Source: Candidatus Levyibacteriota bacterium | GTDB taxonomy: Bacteria; Patescibacteriota; Microgenomatia; Levybacterales; UBA12049 | Reading direction: 5' to 3' | Length of the DNA stretch: 64,000 nucleotides | Assembly (NCBI GenBank): GCA_052034235.1 | Contig: JBPOIT010000007.1 | Location: 22,234-86,233, forward strand | Shown: positions 1 through 10,203 of the stretch, piece by piece | Layout: the number at the start of each line of letters is the position of its first letter | How positions within the stretch are numbered: the stretch's first letter is position 1 | Program-made: the position numbers and the translations under genes | The notes under the pieces: model-generated | What the model was told of the DNA's origin: nothing | Database searches by the model: none | Seen by the model: the letters and a program-made list of their open reading frames with translations, nothing else

Positions 1-2
1 CA

Positions 3-884
3 AAAGGGAGATTAAAAGGTGTTAACTACACATTTGAAAAGAACACACATACTGGGACTGAAACACTTATTATTGCAGCATCACTTGCAGAAGGGAAGAC
101 AACACTTGAAAACGCAGCTCAGGAGCCTGAAATTGACGAACTTATCGAAATGCTTAATGGCATGGGTGCAAAAATTAAACGCGTTGAACCAAGAAAAATT
201 GAAATTGAAGGTGTACATGTCTTACATGGAACTGAATTTACTATTGGCGCTGATAGAAATGAAATCGTAACATTTGCTATTGGTGCGATAGCGACAAAGG
301 GTGATGTTTTTATTGAAGGAGCTCATAAAGAAGGGCTTGAAGAATTTTTAACTGAACTCGATAATGTTGGTGGTGGGTATGAAATTAAGGAAAACGGCAT
401 ACGCTTTTACTATAAAGAACCTTTGCGGGCAACAGATATAACAACATCACCATATCCAGGTTTTATGACAGATTGGCAAGCACCTTGGGCAATGCTTATG
501 ACACAAGCGACTGGTTCATCAATAGTTCATGAAACTGTTTTTGAAAGTCGTTTCGGTTATGTAAAGGAACTTGAAAAAATGGGAGCAAAATTTAAAATGT
601 TTAATCCCGAAGTTGCAAATCCCGAGACCGTGTATAACTTTAATATTGAAGATAAAAAAGATGGAGTCTTTCATGCGATTTCTATAAAAGGACCTGCCAA
701 GTTACATAGTGCATTTGTGGCAATATCGGATTTGCGAGCAGGTGCGACACTCGCAATTGCAGCTCTTGTTGCTGATGGAACGTCTCATATCACTGGTGTT
801 GAAAAACTCGATCGCGGATATGAAGCTTTTGAAACGCGCCTTACCAAACTTGGTGCGTCCGTAAAACGGGTTTCTGATAAATAA
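3..884 (+). CDS. murA: UDP-N-acetylglucosamine 1-carboxyvinyltransferase (5' truncated by window edge)
   Basis: The frame is open from position 3. Motifs NAAQEPEI, PYPGFMTDWQ, ETVFESRF, DLRAGA and LDRGYE are typical of MurA. Confidence 0.95.
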   Translation, partial: KGRLKGVNYTFEKNTHTGTETLIIAASLAEGKTTLENAAQEPEIDELIEMLNGMGAKIKRVEPRKIEIEGVHVLHGTEFTIGADRNEIVTFAIGAIATKGDVFIEGAHKEGLEEFLTELDNVGGGYEIKENGIRFYYKEPLRATDITTSPYPGFMTDWQAPWAMLMTQATGSSIVHETVFESRFGYVKELEKMGAKFKMFNPEVANPETVYNFNIEDKKDGVFHAISIKGPAKLHSAFVAISDLRAGATLAIAALVADGTSHITGVEKLDRGYEAFETRLTKLGASVKRVSDK

Positions 885-886
885 CT

Positions 887-1624
887 ATGGAGCGATCATT
901 AGGTGCAGTTATTTTAGCTGCTGGCAAAGGTAAAAGAATGCAGGCTAAGCAACTTAATAAAGTTGCAATGCTTTTAAACAATAAACCTATTATTTCCCAC
1001 GTATTGGATGTTTTAGAAAACATGCACTTAAAAACGGTCGTTGTTGTCGTCGGGTTTGCGAAAGAATCAGTTATACAAATTATAAAAAATCCAAATGTTG
1101 TTTTTGCTGAACAGAGTGAACAGTTGGGTACAGGACACGCAGTCCTAACAGCGCTTTCAAAAGTGCCAAATGAAATAACAGACATACTCGTCATCCAAGG
1201 CGATGATTCATATTTTTATAACGAAGATTTGTTTACTCAACTCTCGAAAAAGCACTTTACAACCAGCGCAGCAATGACGTTTTTGACAATTCAGGTTGCA
1301 AAACCTGACGCACTTGGTAGAATTGTGAGAGACGAATATGGTAATGTTGTTTCAGTAGTTGAAGAAAAAGACGCAACTGATGAAATCAGGATGATTTCTG
1401 AAATTAATCCAGCATGTTATATCTTTAATATTACTTTTCTCAAAAAATATTTGTCTAAGATTGAAAAGAGTCCTGTTACAGGGGAATATTATTTAACGAG
1501 TCTTATTGATATTGCACTACAAAATAAGGAAAAAGTTGAAACCGTGCAAGCAGGATTTATCCCGTGGAGAGGGATTAATACACCAGAAGAATTATCTGAA
1601 GCAGAAAGATTGTTTACACATTAA
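887..1624 (+). CDS. GlmU-like nucleotidyltransferase (N-terminal uridyltransferase domain only)
   Basis: Motifs ILAAGKGKRM, QLGTGHAV, GRIVR, EEKDA, GEYYLT and GINT. The protein is 245 aa and has no hexapeptide acetyltransferase domain. Confidence 0.85.
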   Translation: MERSLGAVILAAGKGKRMQAKQLNKVAMLLNNKPIISHVLDVLENMHLKTVVVVVGFAKESVIQIIKNPNVVFAEQSEQLGTGHAVLTALSKVPNEITDILVIQGDDSYFYNEDLFTQLSKKHFTTSAAMTFLTIQVAKPDALGRIVRDEYGNVVSVVEEKDATDEIRMISEINPACYIFNITFLKKYLSKIEKSPVTGEYYLTSLIDIALQNKEKVETVQAGFIPWRGINTPEELSEAERLFTH

Positions 1625-1626
1625 GT

Positions 1627-2082
1627 ATGGAAAATAGTGAATTTATCATTGAAAAATTAGAAGAAGCTACACCCGAGAATGCCGAAATAATAAGAGGCTT
1701 AGTCGCGCAACTAGGAAGTAATTATAAAGAAATTAGTAATAAAGATTTTGAAGCTATGATTAACGCTTCGTGTAATCATCTGTTTGTAGCAAAAAACAAG
1801 AATAACATTGTTGGCATGGTTACTGTAATCGTTTATCGTATACCTTATGCTAAAAAAGCTTACATTGAAGATATCGTTGTTGATGAATCATTCCGCCAGA
1901 TGGGGCTAGGAAAACTTTTATTAGAAAAAGCTGTTGCATTTGCAAAAGAACAAAAAGTTGCATACGTACAATTTACTTCCAAAAAAACCCGGGAAGCTGG
2001 TAATGCACTTTATAATAAACTCGGCTTTGAGATTCATGATACGAACGTTTACAGACTGAACTTTTCTTATGAGCAGGAATAA
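1627..2082 (+). CDS. GNAT N-acetyltransferase (GNA1-like)
   Basis: AYIEDIVVDESFRQMGLGKLLL is the acetyl-CoA binding motif A, followed by LYNKLGF. Confidence 0.85.
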   Translation: MENSEFIIEKLEEATPENAEIIRGLVAQLGSNYKEISNKDFEAMINASCNHLFVAKNKNNIVGMVTVIVYRIPYAKKAYIEDIVVDESFRQMGLGKLLLEKAVAFAKEQKVAYVQFTSKKTREAGNALYNKLGFEIHDTNVYRLNFSYEQE

Positions 2083-2551
2083 AAAAATAGTTTTATTTGA
2101 TATTGATTATACTATCCTTGATACAGATGTTTTAAAAAAGAGTAACCTCGCAAAATTTGAACTTTATAAAGAAGTTTTAGAAACTTTTTCTCAGTTGAAA
2201 GAAGTTGCAGATTTTGGTATTTTTTCTGAAGGAGATATTGCATTTCAAAAAAAGAAAATGCGTGAGACCAATATTGAAAAATATTTTCTCGAAGAGCATA
2301 TTCATATTTTTGAGAAGAAGAACGACGAAATAGAAAATTTGTTGAAAAAATATGATCCAAAAGGATCGTTATATTTTGTTGATGACAAATTATCTGTTTT
2401 ACATCTTGCAAAATCAATAGAACCGAATGTCTTTACGATTTGGGTAAAGCGAGGAATTTACGCCCTTAATCAAAAACCAATCACAGGATTTAATCCGGAT
2501 GCGACGGTACTATCACTCCATGAGATAGTGCCCCTTATTGCAAAGGAGTAA
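2069..2551 (+). CDS. HAD-superfamily hydrolase
   Basis: LFDIDYT (motif I, DxD) and FVDD (motif IV). Confidence 0.75.
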   Translation: MSRNKKIVLFDIDYTILDTDVLKKSNLAKFELYKEVLETFSQLKEVADFGIFSEGDIAFQKKKMRETNIEKYFLEEHIHIFEKKNDEIENLLKKYDPKGSLYFVDDKLSVLHLAKSIEPNVFTIWVKRGIYALNQKPITGFNPDATVLSLHEIVPLIAKE

Positions 2552-2562
2552 TTATATGACAT

Positions 2563-3753
2563 ATGGGATTACTTTTTATTTTAACAAGCAGTTTATTCTT
2601 CCTCTGGGCAATTAGAGATATCCTTTTTTGGTTATGGTTGTGGCAACACAATGAATATCGTGCGGATAGATTTCTGGCTGATCTGAGAAAAAGGAAACCC
2701 CGAATTACCGGTTTTTCTCCAGTATTGGGAGTCATGACGGTAATGTTATTACTTTCTTATGGAATCTTTATTTTCTACGATTCGTATTTGCTCTATTATC
2801 ACATTACCGTTGCAGCATTTTTTGCGTTGAAGATGCTGTTTATCGGTAAAGAAATATATAATAACCGTTTAAAGAAACCAAGACTTGATTTTTCTGCGCT
2901 ACTTATTATTTGCCTCTCAGGGTTAACAATTGTTGTAATTTATATTTTACAACTCATGGATAGCTTCTTTTGGCTTCTTTTCATTGATTCATTGGTGCCC
3001 TTTATTATTGGATTCTTTGTCCTCGTTTTGTCAGTACCTTCAGAGGTATTTGGTGATTGGAGAACTGAACAGGCTTTAAAAAAATTACGTAATAATCCTG
3101 ATCTATTAATCATCGGTGTGACAGGCAGTTATGGTAAAAGTATTGTCAAAGATATTATTGCCCAAGTATTAAGTTTGAAATTCAAAGTGATGAAAACTCA
3201 TGGTTCAGATAATACGCTTGTTGGTATTTCTTCGACAATACTCAAACATTTAGAAAGTGATACAGAGGTTTTTGTAACAGAAATGAGTGCATACAAAAAA
3301 GGAGAAATAGCTGCCCTTTGTCGATATGTTCGACCCACAATTGGGGTACTAACAGGTATAAATAACCAATACAAAAATTTGTTTAAAACGCAGGAGAATA
3401 TAACCAAAACGAATTTTGAACTCGTTGAATCTCTTCCAAAAAAAGGTTTTTGTGTTTTTAATGGAAATAATAAATATACAGCTCAGCTTTATAAAGCAAG
3501 TAAAAAGCAAAAGGTGATCTATTCAACTGAGCTCTCAAAACATTTTGTTCCTAATCCCGATATAAAAGCATTTCAAATTACGCAGAAAGCAAAAAAAGTC
3601 ACCTTTAACATTCAGTTTCGAGACACGTCTTTTCAAAATATTTCTTTGCGAGCAGGCTTAAATGTTGAATATGTTCTACCAGCGATTTACATTGGCTATC
3701 ATTTAGGCATGAGTGAAAATGAAATTAAAAAAGCTGTGGGTCAACTAAAATAA
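2563..3753 (+). CDS. MurF-like Mur ligase with N-terminal transmembrane segments, lacking the C-terminal domain
   Basis: Hydrophobic N-terminal ~160 aa, P-loop IGVTGSYGKS, VTEMSA and VFNGNN. The ORF ends at the end of the central ATPase domain. Confidence 0.75.
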   Translation: MGLLFILTSSLFFLWAIRDILFWLWLWQHNEYRADRFLADLRKRKPRITGFSPVLGVMTVMLLLSYGIFIFYDSYLLYYHITVAAFFALKMLFIGKEIYNNRLKKPRLDFSALLIICLSGLTIVVIYILQLMDSFFWLLFIDSLVPFIIGFFVLVLSVPSEVFGDWRTEQALKKLRNNPDLLIIGVTGSYGKSIVKDIIAQVLSLKFKVMKTHGSDNTLVGISSTILKHLESDTEVFVTEMSAYKKGEIAALCRYVRPTIGVLTGINNQYKNLFKTQENITKTNFELVESLPKKGFCVFNGNNKYTAQLYKASKKQKVIYSTELSKHFVPNPDIKAFQITQKAKKVTFNIQFRDTSFQNISLRAGLNVEYVLPAIYIGYHLGMSENEIKKAVGQLK

Positions 3754-3763
3754 AACTCATGTT

Positions 3764-3792
3764 TTGCACGCATGAAGCAAATGGGGTATAAT
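3764..3792 (+). promoter_or_regulatory. sigma70-type promoter for mraY (probably leaderless mRNA)
   Basis: TTGCAC-N17-TATAAT, with the ATG at 3800 lying 7 nt after the -10 box. Confidence 0.6.
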
Positions 3793-3799
3793 TCAAGCC

Positions 3800-4804
3800 A
3801 TGGAACAATTACTTGGATTATCTATTTCGTCTTTCATCATAACTGCCATTCTGCTCGTCCCCTTTATTGATTTTCTTTACAAAGTAAAACTGCGCCGCTC
3901 TAAACAAGTCACAAAGGACATGTTTAACAATAGAACTCCAATGTTTGATAAATTTAATTCTTGGAAAGTTGGAACACCATTTGGTGGAGGTTTGCTTATT
4001 ATTCTCATTGTCACTATTTGGTCATTCTGGGCATATGGTATTTTAAATGTCAAAGTAAAGCCTTGGGAAATCTTTGTCATATTTTTCTCGTTTATTAGCT
4101 ACGGCATGCTTGGATTTTACGATGATTTTAAAAAACTCACAGGCAATAAAAGCGGCTTCTGGGGTTTACGTTTCTATCATAAATTCATCATCCAATGGAT
4201 TCTGGCTATCATAATTGCTACCGTTTTTTATGTTCAGTTGCAATATTCATTTATTTTCATTCACGGTTTAGGGACCCTAAATATAGGTGCTCTTTTCATT
4301 CCATTTGCAGCATTCGTTATTGTGTCATTTGTGAATGCATTTAATATAACTGACGGACTAGACGGTTTGGCAACCGGGCTTCTTCTTATTTGTTTGAGTG
4401 CCTTTCTCGTTATTAATTCAGCACAACTTGATCAGGCGCTTGGTATTTTTCTTGCAATTCTAATGGGAAGTATCGCTGCATTTTTGTATTTCAATATTTA
4501 TAAAGCACGTTTGTGGCTTGGGGATGTTGGTTCATTAGCCTTGGGTGCTGCACTTGCAGTTACGGGTTTATTAACAGGTAAAGCATTGGCACTGGTTATC
4601 ATTGGAGGATTCTTTGTTGTGGAGATTGCTTCGTCACTTATTCAGCTTCTTAGTAAACGTTTCTTAGGTAGAAAATTGCTTCCAGCAGCGCCTTTCCATT
4701 TATATTTACAAAAAAAAGGTTGGGAAGAACCAAAAATTGTTATGCGTGCATGGATTATTGGTTTCTTCCTCGCAATTGTTGGAATTTTTATAGCTTTCGT
4801 GTAA
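3800..4804 (+). CDS. mraY: phospho-N-acetylmuramoyl-pentapeptide transferase
   Basis: Polytopic membrane protein with GTPFGGG, LGFYDD, NITDGLDGLA, LGDVGS and APFHL. Confidence 0.95.
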   Translation: MEQLLGLSISSFIITAILLVPFIDFLYKVKLRRSKQVTKDMFNNRTPMFDKFNSWKVGTPFGGGLLIILIVTIWSFWAYGILNVKVKPWEIFVIFFSFISYGMLGFYDDFKKLTGNKSGFWGLRFYHKFIIQWILAIIIATVFYVQLQYSFIFIHGLGTLNIGALFIPFAAFVIVSFVNAFNITDGLDGLATGLLLICLSAFLVINSAQLDQALGIFLAILMGSIAAFLYFNIYKARLWLGDVGSLALGAALAVTGLLTGKALALVIIGGFFVVEIASSLIQLLSKRFLGRKLLPAAPFHLYLQKKGWEEPKIVMRAWIIGFFLAIVGIFIAFV

Positions 4805-4825
4805 GTCGCATAAGAGTACTGTCCT

Positions 4826-5962
4826 ATGAAACGATTTGATATCGTCCTTTTTTTTACAATTGTTTTATTAACGCTTTTTGGCCTCTTTATGGTGTATGAC
4901 GCTTCTTCTGTTCTGGCCTTTAATGTCTACGGTGATAAGTATCAATTTATAAAAGACCAATCTTTGTGGGCAATTCTCGGTTTTACAATGCTCTTTATCA
5001 CGTACAGGATTGACTACCACAAATGGTATTTACTTGCTTTACCTGCATTAATTATTGCTTTGGTGTTGTTATTGTTGGTGTTTGTGCCAGGTATTGGTGC
5101 TGGGGCCAAAGGAGCGAATCGGTGGATTAATTTGGGTTTTGGAACACTTCAGCCAGCTGAATTTGTGAAATTGTCACTCGCAGTTTATTTGGCTGCATGG
5201 TTTTCTCATAAAGAAAAAGGAAGAGTAATGGCATTTCTTTTATTGTTAGGAGCCGTAATGTTGTTGGTTATGATGCAACCTGATATGGGAACTGCGTCAA
5301 TTATTTTATTTGAAGCTGTTACTATTTATTATCTTTCCGGGGGTAATATTTTATATTTCTTTCTAGGTGCACCTGTTGTCGCGCTCATTGGTTATATTTA
5401 TATCATCCTTGAACCATATAGACTTTCACGTCTGACGAGTTTTCTTAATTTGAATGGTTCTTCTTTTGATGGCGTGTCTTATCATGTCAAACAAATTCTT
5501 ATTGCGCTTGGTTCTGGAGGAGTCGTTGGTTTGGGTATTGGAAATTCCATACAAAAATATGCATATTTACCAGAAAATGTAACTGATTCAATTTTCCCGA
5601 TATTTGCTGAAGAATTTGGATTTATAGGTTCTTGTATTTTGATAGGCGTTTATACGCTTCTTATCTGGAGAGGTTTTTTCATTGCTTCCCGTGCCAAAGA
5701 TGCATTTGGAAAACTTCTAGCAGGAGGGATTGTCTCGTTTATTGGAATTCAGGCGGTTATCAATCTTGCTGCTATGTCAGCACTTGTTCCTCTCACCGGT
5801 GTACCTCTTCCATTTGTCTCATACGGAGGATCAGCTCTCGTTGTTGATCTTGCTTCAATGGGTATTCTTCTCAATATTTATAGACAAAGCTCTCATCATG
5901 AATTAGCCACGGCAGGTTTTTCCCTGAAAAAGATTATAAAAAAGCATAAAAGGAAGAGATAA
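4826..5962 (+). CDS. ftsW: SEDS family peptidoglycan polymerase FtsW
   Basis: GANRWI, QPAEFVK, QPDMGT, YLPENVTDSIF and PLTGVPLPFVSYGGS. Lies directly upstream of murG. Confidence 0.92.
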   Translation: MKRFDIVLFFTIVLLTLFGLFMVYDASSVLAFNVYGDKYQFIKDQSLWAILGFTMLFITYRIDYHKWYLLALPALIIALVLLLLVFVPGIGAGAKGANRWINLGFGTLQPAEFVKLSLAVYLAAWFSHKEKGRVMAFLLLLGAVMLLVMMQPDMGTASIILFEAVTIYYLSGGNILYFFLGAPVVALIGYIYIILEPYRLSRLTSFLNLNGSSFDGVSYHVKQILIALGSGGVVGLGIGNSIQKYAYLPENVTDSIFPIFAEEFGFIGSCILIGVYTLLIWRGFFIASRAKDAFGKLLAGGIVSFIGIQAVINLAAMSALVPLTGVPLPFVSYGGSALVVDLASMGILLNIYRQSSHHELATAGFSLKKIIKKHKRKR

Positions 5963-5990
5963 CCTGCAGTTTTAGTGATATACTAAGTAT

Positions 5991-7178
5991 ATGAAACTGC
6001 TCATCGTTGTGGGAGGAGGAGGTCATTTTGTTGCTGCATTGGCTGTCATACAACAACTGCCAAAGCATTGGGAAATATTGGTAGTTGGACGCAAATATGC
6101 GTTTGAAGGTGAAACTGCTCTCTCTCTTGAATATCAAACATGTCAAAATCTCGGCATTCCGTTTACTAGCATTTCAACAGGAAGGCTGCAGCGTAAACTT
6201 TCTACACAGACAATTGCATCACTTTTAAAAATACCCGGAGGGCTTTTAGAATCTGGTCAACTGCTTTCTCAATTCAAGCCTGATATCGTTCTCTCCTTTG
6301 GTGGTTACGTTTCGTTTCCTATTATTTCTGCTGCTGCGTTGCAGCGTATACCAATTGTGCTTCATGAACAAACACACCATGCAGGCCTTGCCAATAAATT
6401 TGCAGCCAAGTTTGCGGCAAAGATTTGTATATCATGGCCTGATTCTTCAAAATTTTTCCCTCAAGAAAAAACTATTTTGACAGGCAATCCGCTACGAAAA
6501 GAATTTCTTGCTGCTCAATCTTTTAAACCACCTCATCCCGCCCACGCGATGATAAAAAAAGTTTTACAGAATCTTCCCAAAGGAACGCTTGCAATTTCAA
6601 ATAAAAAAACACCAGTGATTTATGTGACTGGTGGAAGCGCAGGTGCCCATGGGATTAACATGCTGCTTGAAGGTTGTATTGAGCGTTTATTACAAAAATA
6701 TAAAATAATTCATCAAACAGGTGATTCACAGGAGTACAAAGATTTCGATAGATTGAGTCAGCTTCGTGAAACTTTACCTGAAGCTTTGCAAAATCGCTAC
6801 GTGCTACATAAATTTATTGAGACCGAAAAGGTAGCAGATATTTTAACTGAGGCTGATCTCGTTGTCGCAAGGTCGGGGATTAACACGGTAACTGAGCTTC
6901 TTTTTCTTGGAAAGCCAGCCCTGTTTATACCTCTTCCGTATGGTCAGCATAATGAACAACAAACGAATGCGGCATTTGTGAAAGAATTAGGTATGGCAGA
7001 AGTTGTTGATCAGCTTACGATCGATGCTATTTTCTTGCAGACACGTATCGAAACAATGATTCAAAATCTCACTATTTATAAACAACATGGATTAGAAGCG
7101 AAATCTCTTGTCAAAAAAGACGCTGCGGAACAAATCATTGCCGTTGTTAACCAAGTCTATGACCAAACGATTAACTAA
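5991..7178 (+). CDS. murG: undecaprenyl-PP-MurNAc-pentapeptide GlcNAc transferase
   Basis: GGGGH, FGGYVS, HEQT, TGNPLR, TGGSAGA, RSGINT and QQTNA. Confidence 0.95.
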   Translation: MKLLIVVGGGGHFVAALAVIQQLPKHWEILVVGRKYAFEGETALSLEYQTCQNLGIPFTSISTGRLQRKLSTQTIASLLKIPGGLLESGQLLSQFKPDIVLSFGGYVSFPIISAAALQRIPIVLHEQTHHAGLANKFAAKFAAKICISWPDSSKFFPQEKTILTGNPLRKEFLAAQSFKPPHPAHAMIKKVLQNLPKGTLAISNKKTPVIYVTGGSAGAHGINMLLEGCIERLLQKYKIIHQTGDSQEYKDFDRLSQLRETLPEALQNRYVLHKFIETEKVADILTEADLVVARSGINTVTELLFLGKPALFIPLPYGQHNEQQTNAAFVKELGMAEVVDQLTIDAIFLQTRIETMIQNLTIYKQHGLEAKSLVKKDAAEQIIAVVNQVYDQTIN

Positions 7179-7608
7179 CATTAATAAGCTTAAGCGTAAT
7201 AACAAACGGAGACTTATTGTGTTTTATAGTATGATAGTCGCAACAAGTTTACTTTTTGCATCAGGTATTGCATGTATTCTTGTTCTTCAATCACAGTCTC
7301 CAGTTCTTATTAGCCCAGTGCCTGTTTTTAAGGCATTAGCAAATGGTTTGCACGAGGATGAACATGTCCGGGAGATCAAATCGCTTCTTAAAGAAAAATC
7401 GATTAGTTATTCTACTGTAGAAAATACCGATTCTCTTTATATAATTGAGTTAGAAAATGGGTCTGAAGTGACTTTATCTGCAAAAAAAGATATAATAATG
7501 CAAATCTCCTCTTTACAATTTATCCTTGCACGGCTTACAATGGAAGGTAGGCAATTTCGGAAGCTGGATCTGCAGTTTGATAAGCCAATAATTGTTTTTA
7601 AGGAGTGA
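7159..7608 (+). CDS. small bitopic membrane protein, FtsQ/DivIB-like by position
   Basis: Basic N-terminus, one TM helix, C-terminal LDLQFDKPII resembling the FtsQ DLRF end. Lies between murG and ftsA. Confidence 0.55.
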   Translation: MTKRLTNINKLKRNNKRRLIVFYSMIVATSLLFASGIACILVLQSQSPVLISPVPVFKALANGLHEDEHVREIKSLLKEKSISYSTVENTDSLYIIELENGSEVTLSAKKDIIMQISSLQFILARLTMEGRQFRKLDLQFDKPIIVFKE

Positions 7609-7666
7609 AATTGCAACATAAAGGCGTGAAGACGCAAAGTTTTTTGCGTGGATACCAAGGGGAAAT

Positions 7667-8950
7667 ATGAGTAATGAAGGGAAAATACTAGTCGCAATAG
7701 ATGTAGGAACTTATAAAGTTGTAACTGTCATTGCGAAAGTAACTGAAAATATAATAAACGTCCTCGGTGTCTCCGAAGTCAAGTCCGCTGGAATTCGTAA
7801 AGGACAGGTAGTAGACATTGAAGAATCAGTTGGTGCAATCAATGCATCACTTGAATCCGCCGAACGTATGGCGGGTTTTTCTGCATCTCATGTTATCGTT
7901 TCAATTGGCGGCAGCCAAATAGAATGTCAAAACTCACGCGGTGTCGTCGCTGTATCTACACCTCAGGGAGAGATTAGTTCAAGTGACCTTGCTCGGGTTA
8001 TTGATGCCGCAAAAGCTATTTCATTGCCATCAACACGTGAGATTATTCATGTACTCCCTCGTAATTACATTGTCGACGGTCAGGAAGGTATCAAAGATCC
8101 GGTTGGAATGTCTGGAACGCGTCTTGAAGTCGATACTCATATCATTACCGCCAATAGTGTCTCAGTCAGAAATCTTGAGAAAGCGTTTTCTGAAGTTGGA
8201 GTTGATGTCGACAGTTTCTCATTTAGCGGCTACGCAAGTTCACTTGCCGTGCTTTCAGATACTGAAAAGGAACTTGGTGTTATTTTGGTCGACATCGGTG
8301 CTGGGACAACTGATATTTCTATTTACACCGAAGGGTCAGTTGCTTATTCTTCAGTTCTTGCAATCGGCGCACGTCATGTCACCAATGATTTAGCAATTGG
8401 TCTTCGTATTTCCCTTGAAAGTGCCGAAAAGATAAAATTATTCTTCTCACAAGATGCAGGCAAACGGTTGGTTCCTATTGAAGGAGAAGAGAAAAAACCA
8501 AGTGATGAAGTAGATTTATCGCCACTTAATCTTCCTGAAGAAATTAAAAAAGTTTCACAAAAGACGCTCGTTGATGGCATCATCAAGCCCCGTCTGAATG
8601 AAATCTGCACGATGATCGGTCTGGAAATTAAAAAGAGTGGTTTTGCAGGCCAATGTCCAGCTGGCGTTGTCTTTACAGGTGGAGGATCGCTCACCGTTGG
8701 TCTTAAGGATGCTTCTCGCAGAACACTTGCTATGCCTGTCAGAATTGGCATGCCTCATGATGTAAAAGGAATTATTGATGAAGTGCAGCACCCTGCATTT
8801 TCAACTGCGATCGGCCTTATTCACTATGGACTTGCAAACGGCATCTCCCGAAGCGCATCATCATCACGATTCAACATGCCCAAAGGCATGGGCGGCGGAT
8901 CAAAACTCGTCAAAAAAGTCCTCAACCTCATCAAAACATTTATCCCTTAA
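7667..8950 (+). CDS. ftsA: cell division protein FtsA
   Basis: IDVGTYKV, VDIGAGTTD, HVTNDLA, VFTGGGS and a C-terminal amphipathic helix. Confidence 0.97.
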   Translation: MSNEGKILVAIDVGTYKVVTVIAKVTENIINVLGVSEVKSAGIRKGQVVDIEESVGAINASLESAERMAGFSASHVIVSIGGSQIECQNSRGVVAVSTPQGEISSSDLARVIDAAKAISLPSTREIIHVLPRNYIVDGQEGIKDPVGMSGTRLEVDTHIITANSVSVRNLEKAFSEVGVDVDSFSFSGYASSLAVLSDTEKELGVILVDIGAGTTDISIYTEGSVAYSSVLAIGARHVTNDLAIGLRISLESAEKIKLFFSQDAGKRLVPIEGEEKKPSDEVDLSPLNLPEEIKKVSQKTLVDGIIKPRLNEICTMIGLEIKKSGFAGQCPAGVVFTGGGSLTVGLKDASRRTLAMPVRIGMPHDVKGIIDEVQHPAFSTAIGLIHYGLANGISRSASSSRFNMPKGMGGGSKLVKKVLNLIKTFIP

Positions 8951-8959
8951 ATATCTCCC

Positions 8960-8988
8960 TTGCATTCTCTAAGTACTTCTGGTAGGAT
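8960..8988 (+). promoter_or_regulatory. putative ftsZ promoter
   Basis: TTGCAT-N17-TAGGAT with a TG extension. Confidence 0.45.
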
Positions 8989-9007
8989 TTGTCCAAGTAC
9001 CTAAACT

Positions 9008-10156
9008 ATGTTAATTCGTCCTCAATCTACAAATTTCGCAAAAATCCGAGTCATTGGTATCGGTGGTGGAGGTAGTAATGCGATTGGTTCTATGATTTCT
9101 CATGGTTCAATTGGTGGTGTTGATTTTGTCTCCATAAATACCGATGCGCAGGCACTGCTTCTCAATAAAGCTGAAACAAAAGTTCAAATAGGTGAGACTC
9201 ATACAAAAGGACTTGGAAGCGGTGGCGATCCTGAAATCGGTAAACAAGCAGCCGAGGAATCAGAAGAAAAAATCAAACATATGCTTGAAGGTTCTGACAT
9301 GGTTTTCTTAACAGCTGGTATGGGCGGCGGAACCGGAACTGGAGCCACTCCAGTTGTCGCTAAAATAGCCAAGGACGTCGGTGCACTCACTGTTGCTGTT
9401 GTTACCAAACCTTTCACTTTTGAAGGTACAAGGCGAATGGTCGCAGCTGAAGAAGGAATCGAAAACCTCAAAGATAAAGTAGATACACTTATTGTAATCC
9501 CAAATCAGAGAATTCTTGATGTCGTTGACCGCAAATTATCCCTGCTTGATGCATTTAAAGTTGCAGATTCAATCCTCACCCAGGGCGTTCAGGGAATTTC
9601 AGAAATCATTACCCAACCAGGTCTTATCAATGTCGATTTCGCCGATGTTCGCGCGATCATGTCAAATGCAGGATCCGCTCTTATGGGTATTGGCTCAGGG
9701 GTCGGCGAAAATCGAGCCCAGACAGCTGCCAGATCAGCAGTTTCCAGTCCACTACTTGAAATCAGTATGGACGGTGCAAGAGGAGTGCTTTTTAACATTG
9801 TCGGTGGTGCAGACCTTACGATGACAGAAGTTGATGAAGCAGCCAAGATCATTACCAGTGCAGCAGATCCAGATGCCAACATCATCTTTGGTGCGACCAT
9901 CGATGAAACCATGCACGACCAAATCCGCATCACCATCGTAGCAACAGGTTTTGATCAAGCCAAACAGCGCCTGCAGCAGTTTGTGATCAACAACGAAAAA
10001 GAAGAAGAAATACAACAAGCAACATCCCCAACAGACATAAACATCGTCCCGCCATCTGCACCACAAATGCAGCAGCCACAACAAGACGATCAAAAAGACA
10101 AAAAAAACACCGAAGACGAATGGGACATCCCCGCATTTCTAAGACAGAGGAATTGA
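9008..10156 (+). CDS. ftsZ: cell division protein FtsZ (last codons supplied by the inserted element)
   Basis: [23 protein letters not shown] tubulin signature, INVDFADV and C-terminal DIPAFLR. Confidence 0.99.
   Translation: MLIRPQSTNFAKIRVIGIGGGGSNAIGSMISHGSIGGVDFVSINTDAQALLLNKAETKVQIGETHTKGLGSGGDPEIGKQAAEESEEKIKHMLEGSDMVFLTAGMGGGTGTGATPVVAKIAKDVGALTVAVVTKPFTFEGTRRMVAAEEGIENLKDKVDTLIVIPNQRILDVVDRKLSLLDAFKVADSILTQGVQGISEIITQPGLINVDFADVRAIMSNAGSALMGIGSGVGENRAQTAARSAVSSPLLEISMDGARGVLFNIVGGADLTMTEVDEAAKIITSAADPDANIIFGATIDETMHDQIRITIVATGFDQAKQRLQQFVINNEKEEEIQQATSPTDINIVPPSAPQMQQPQQDDQKDKKNTEDEWDIPAFLRQRN
10127..10148 (+). repeat. attL: attachment-site copy 1, inside the ftsZ 3' end
   Basis: ATCCCCGCATTTCTAAGACAGA is identical to 11245-11266. 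The 11-bp core also occurs at 63629-63639. Confidence 0.9.
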
Positions 10157-10203
10157 GTACTATTTTTCATCTATGCCAATATTGTATTCAAATAAAAGTT
10201 GTT

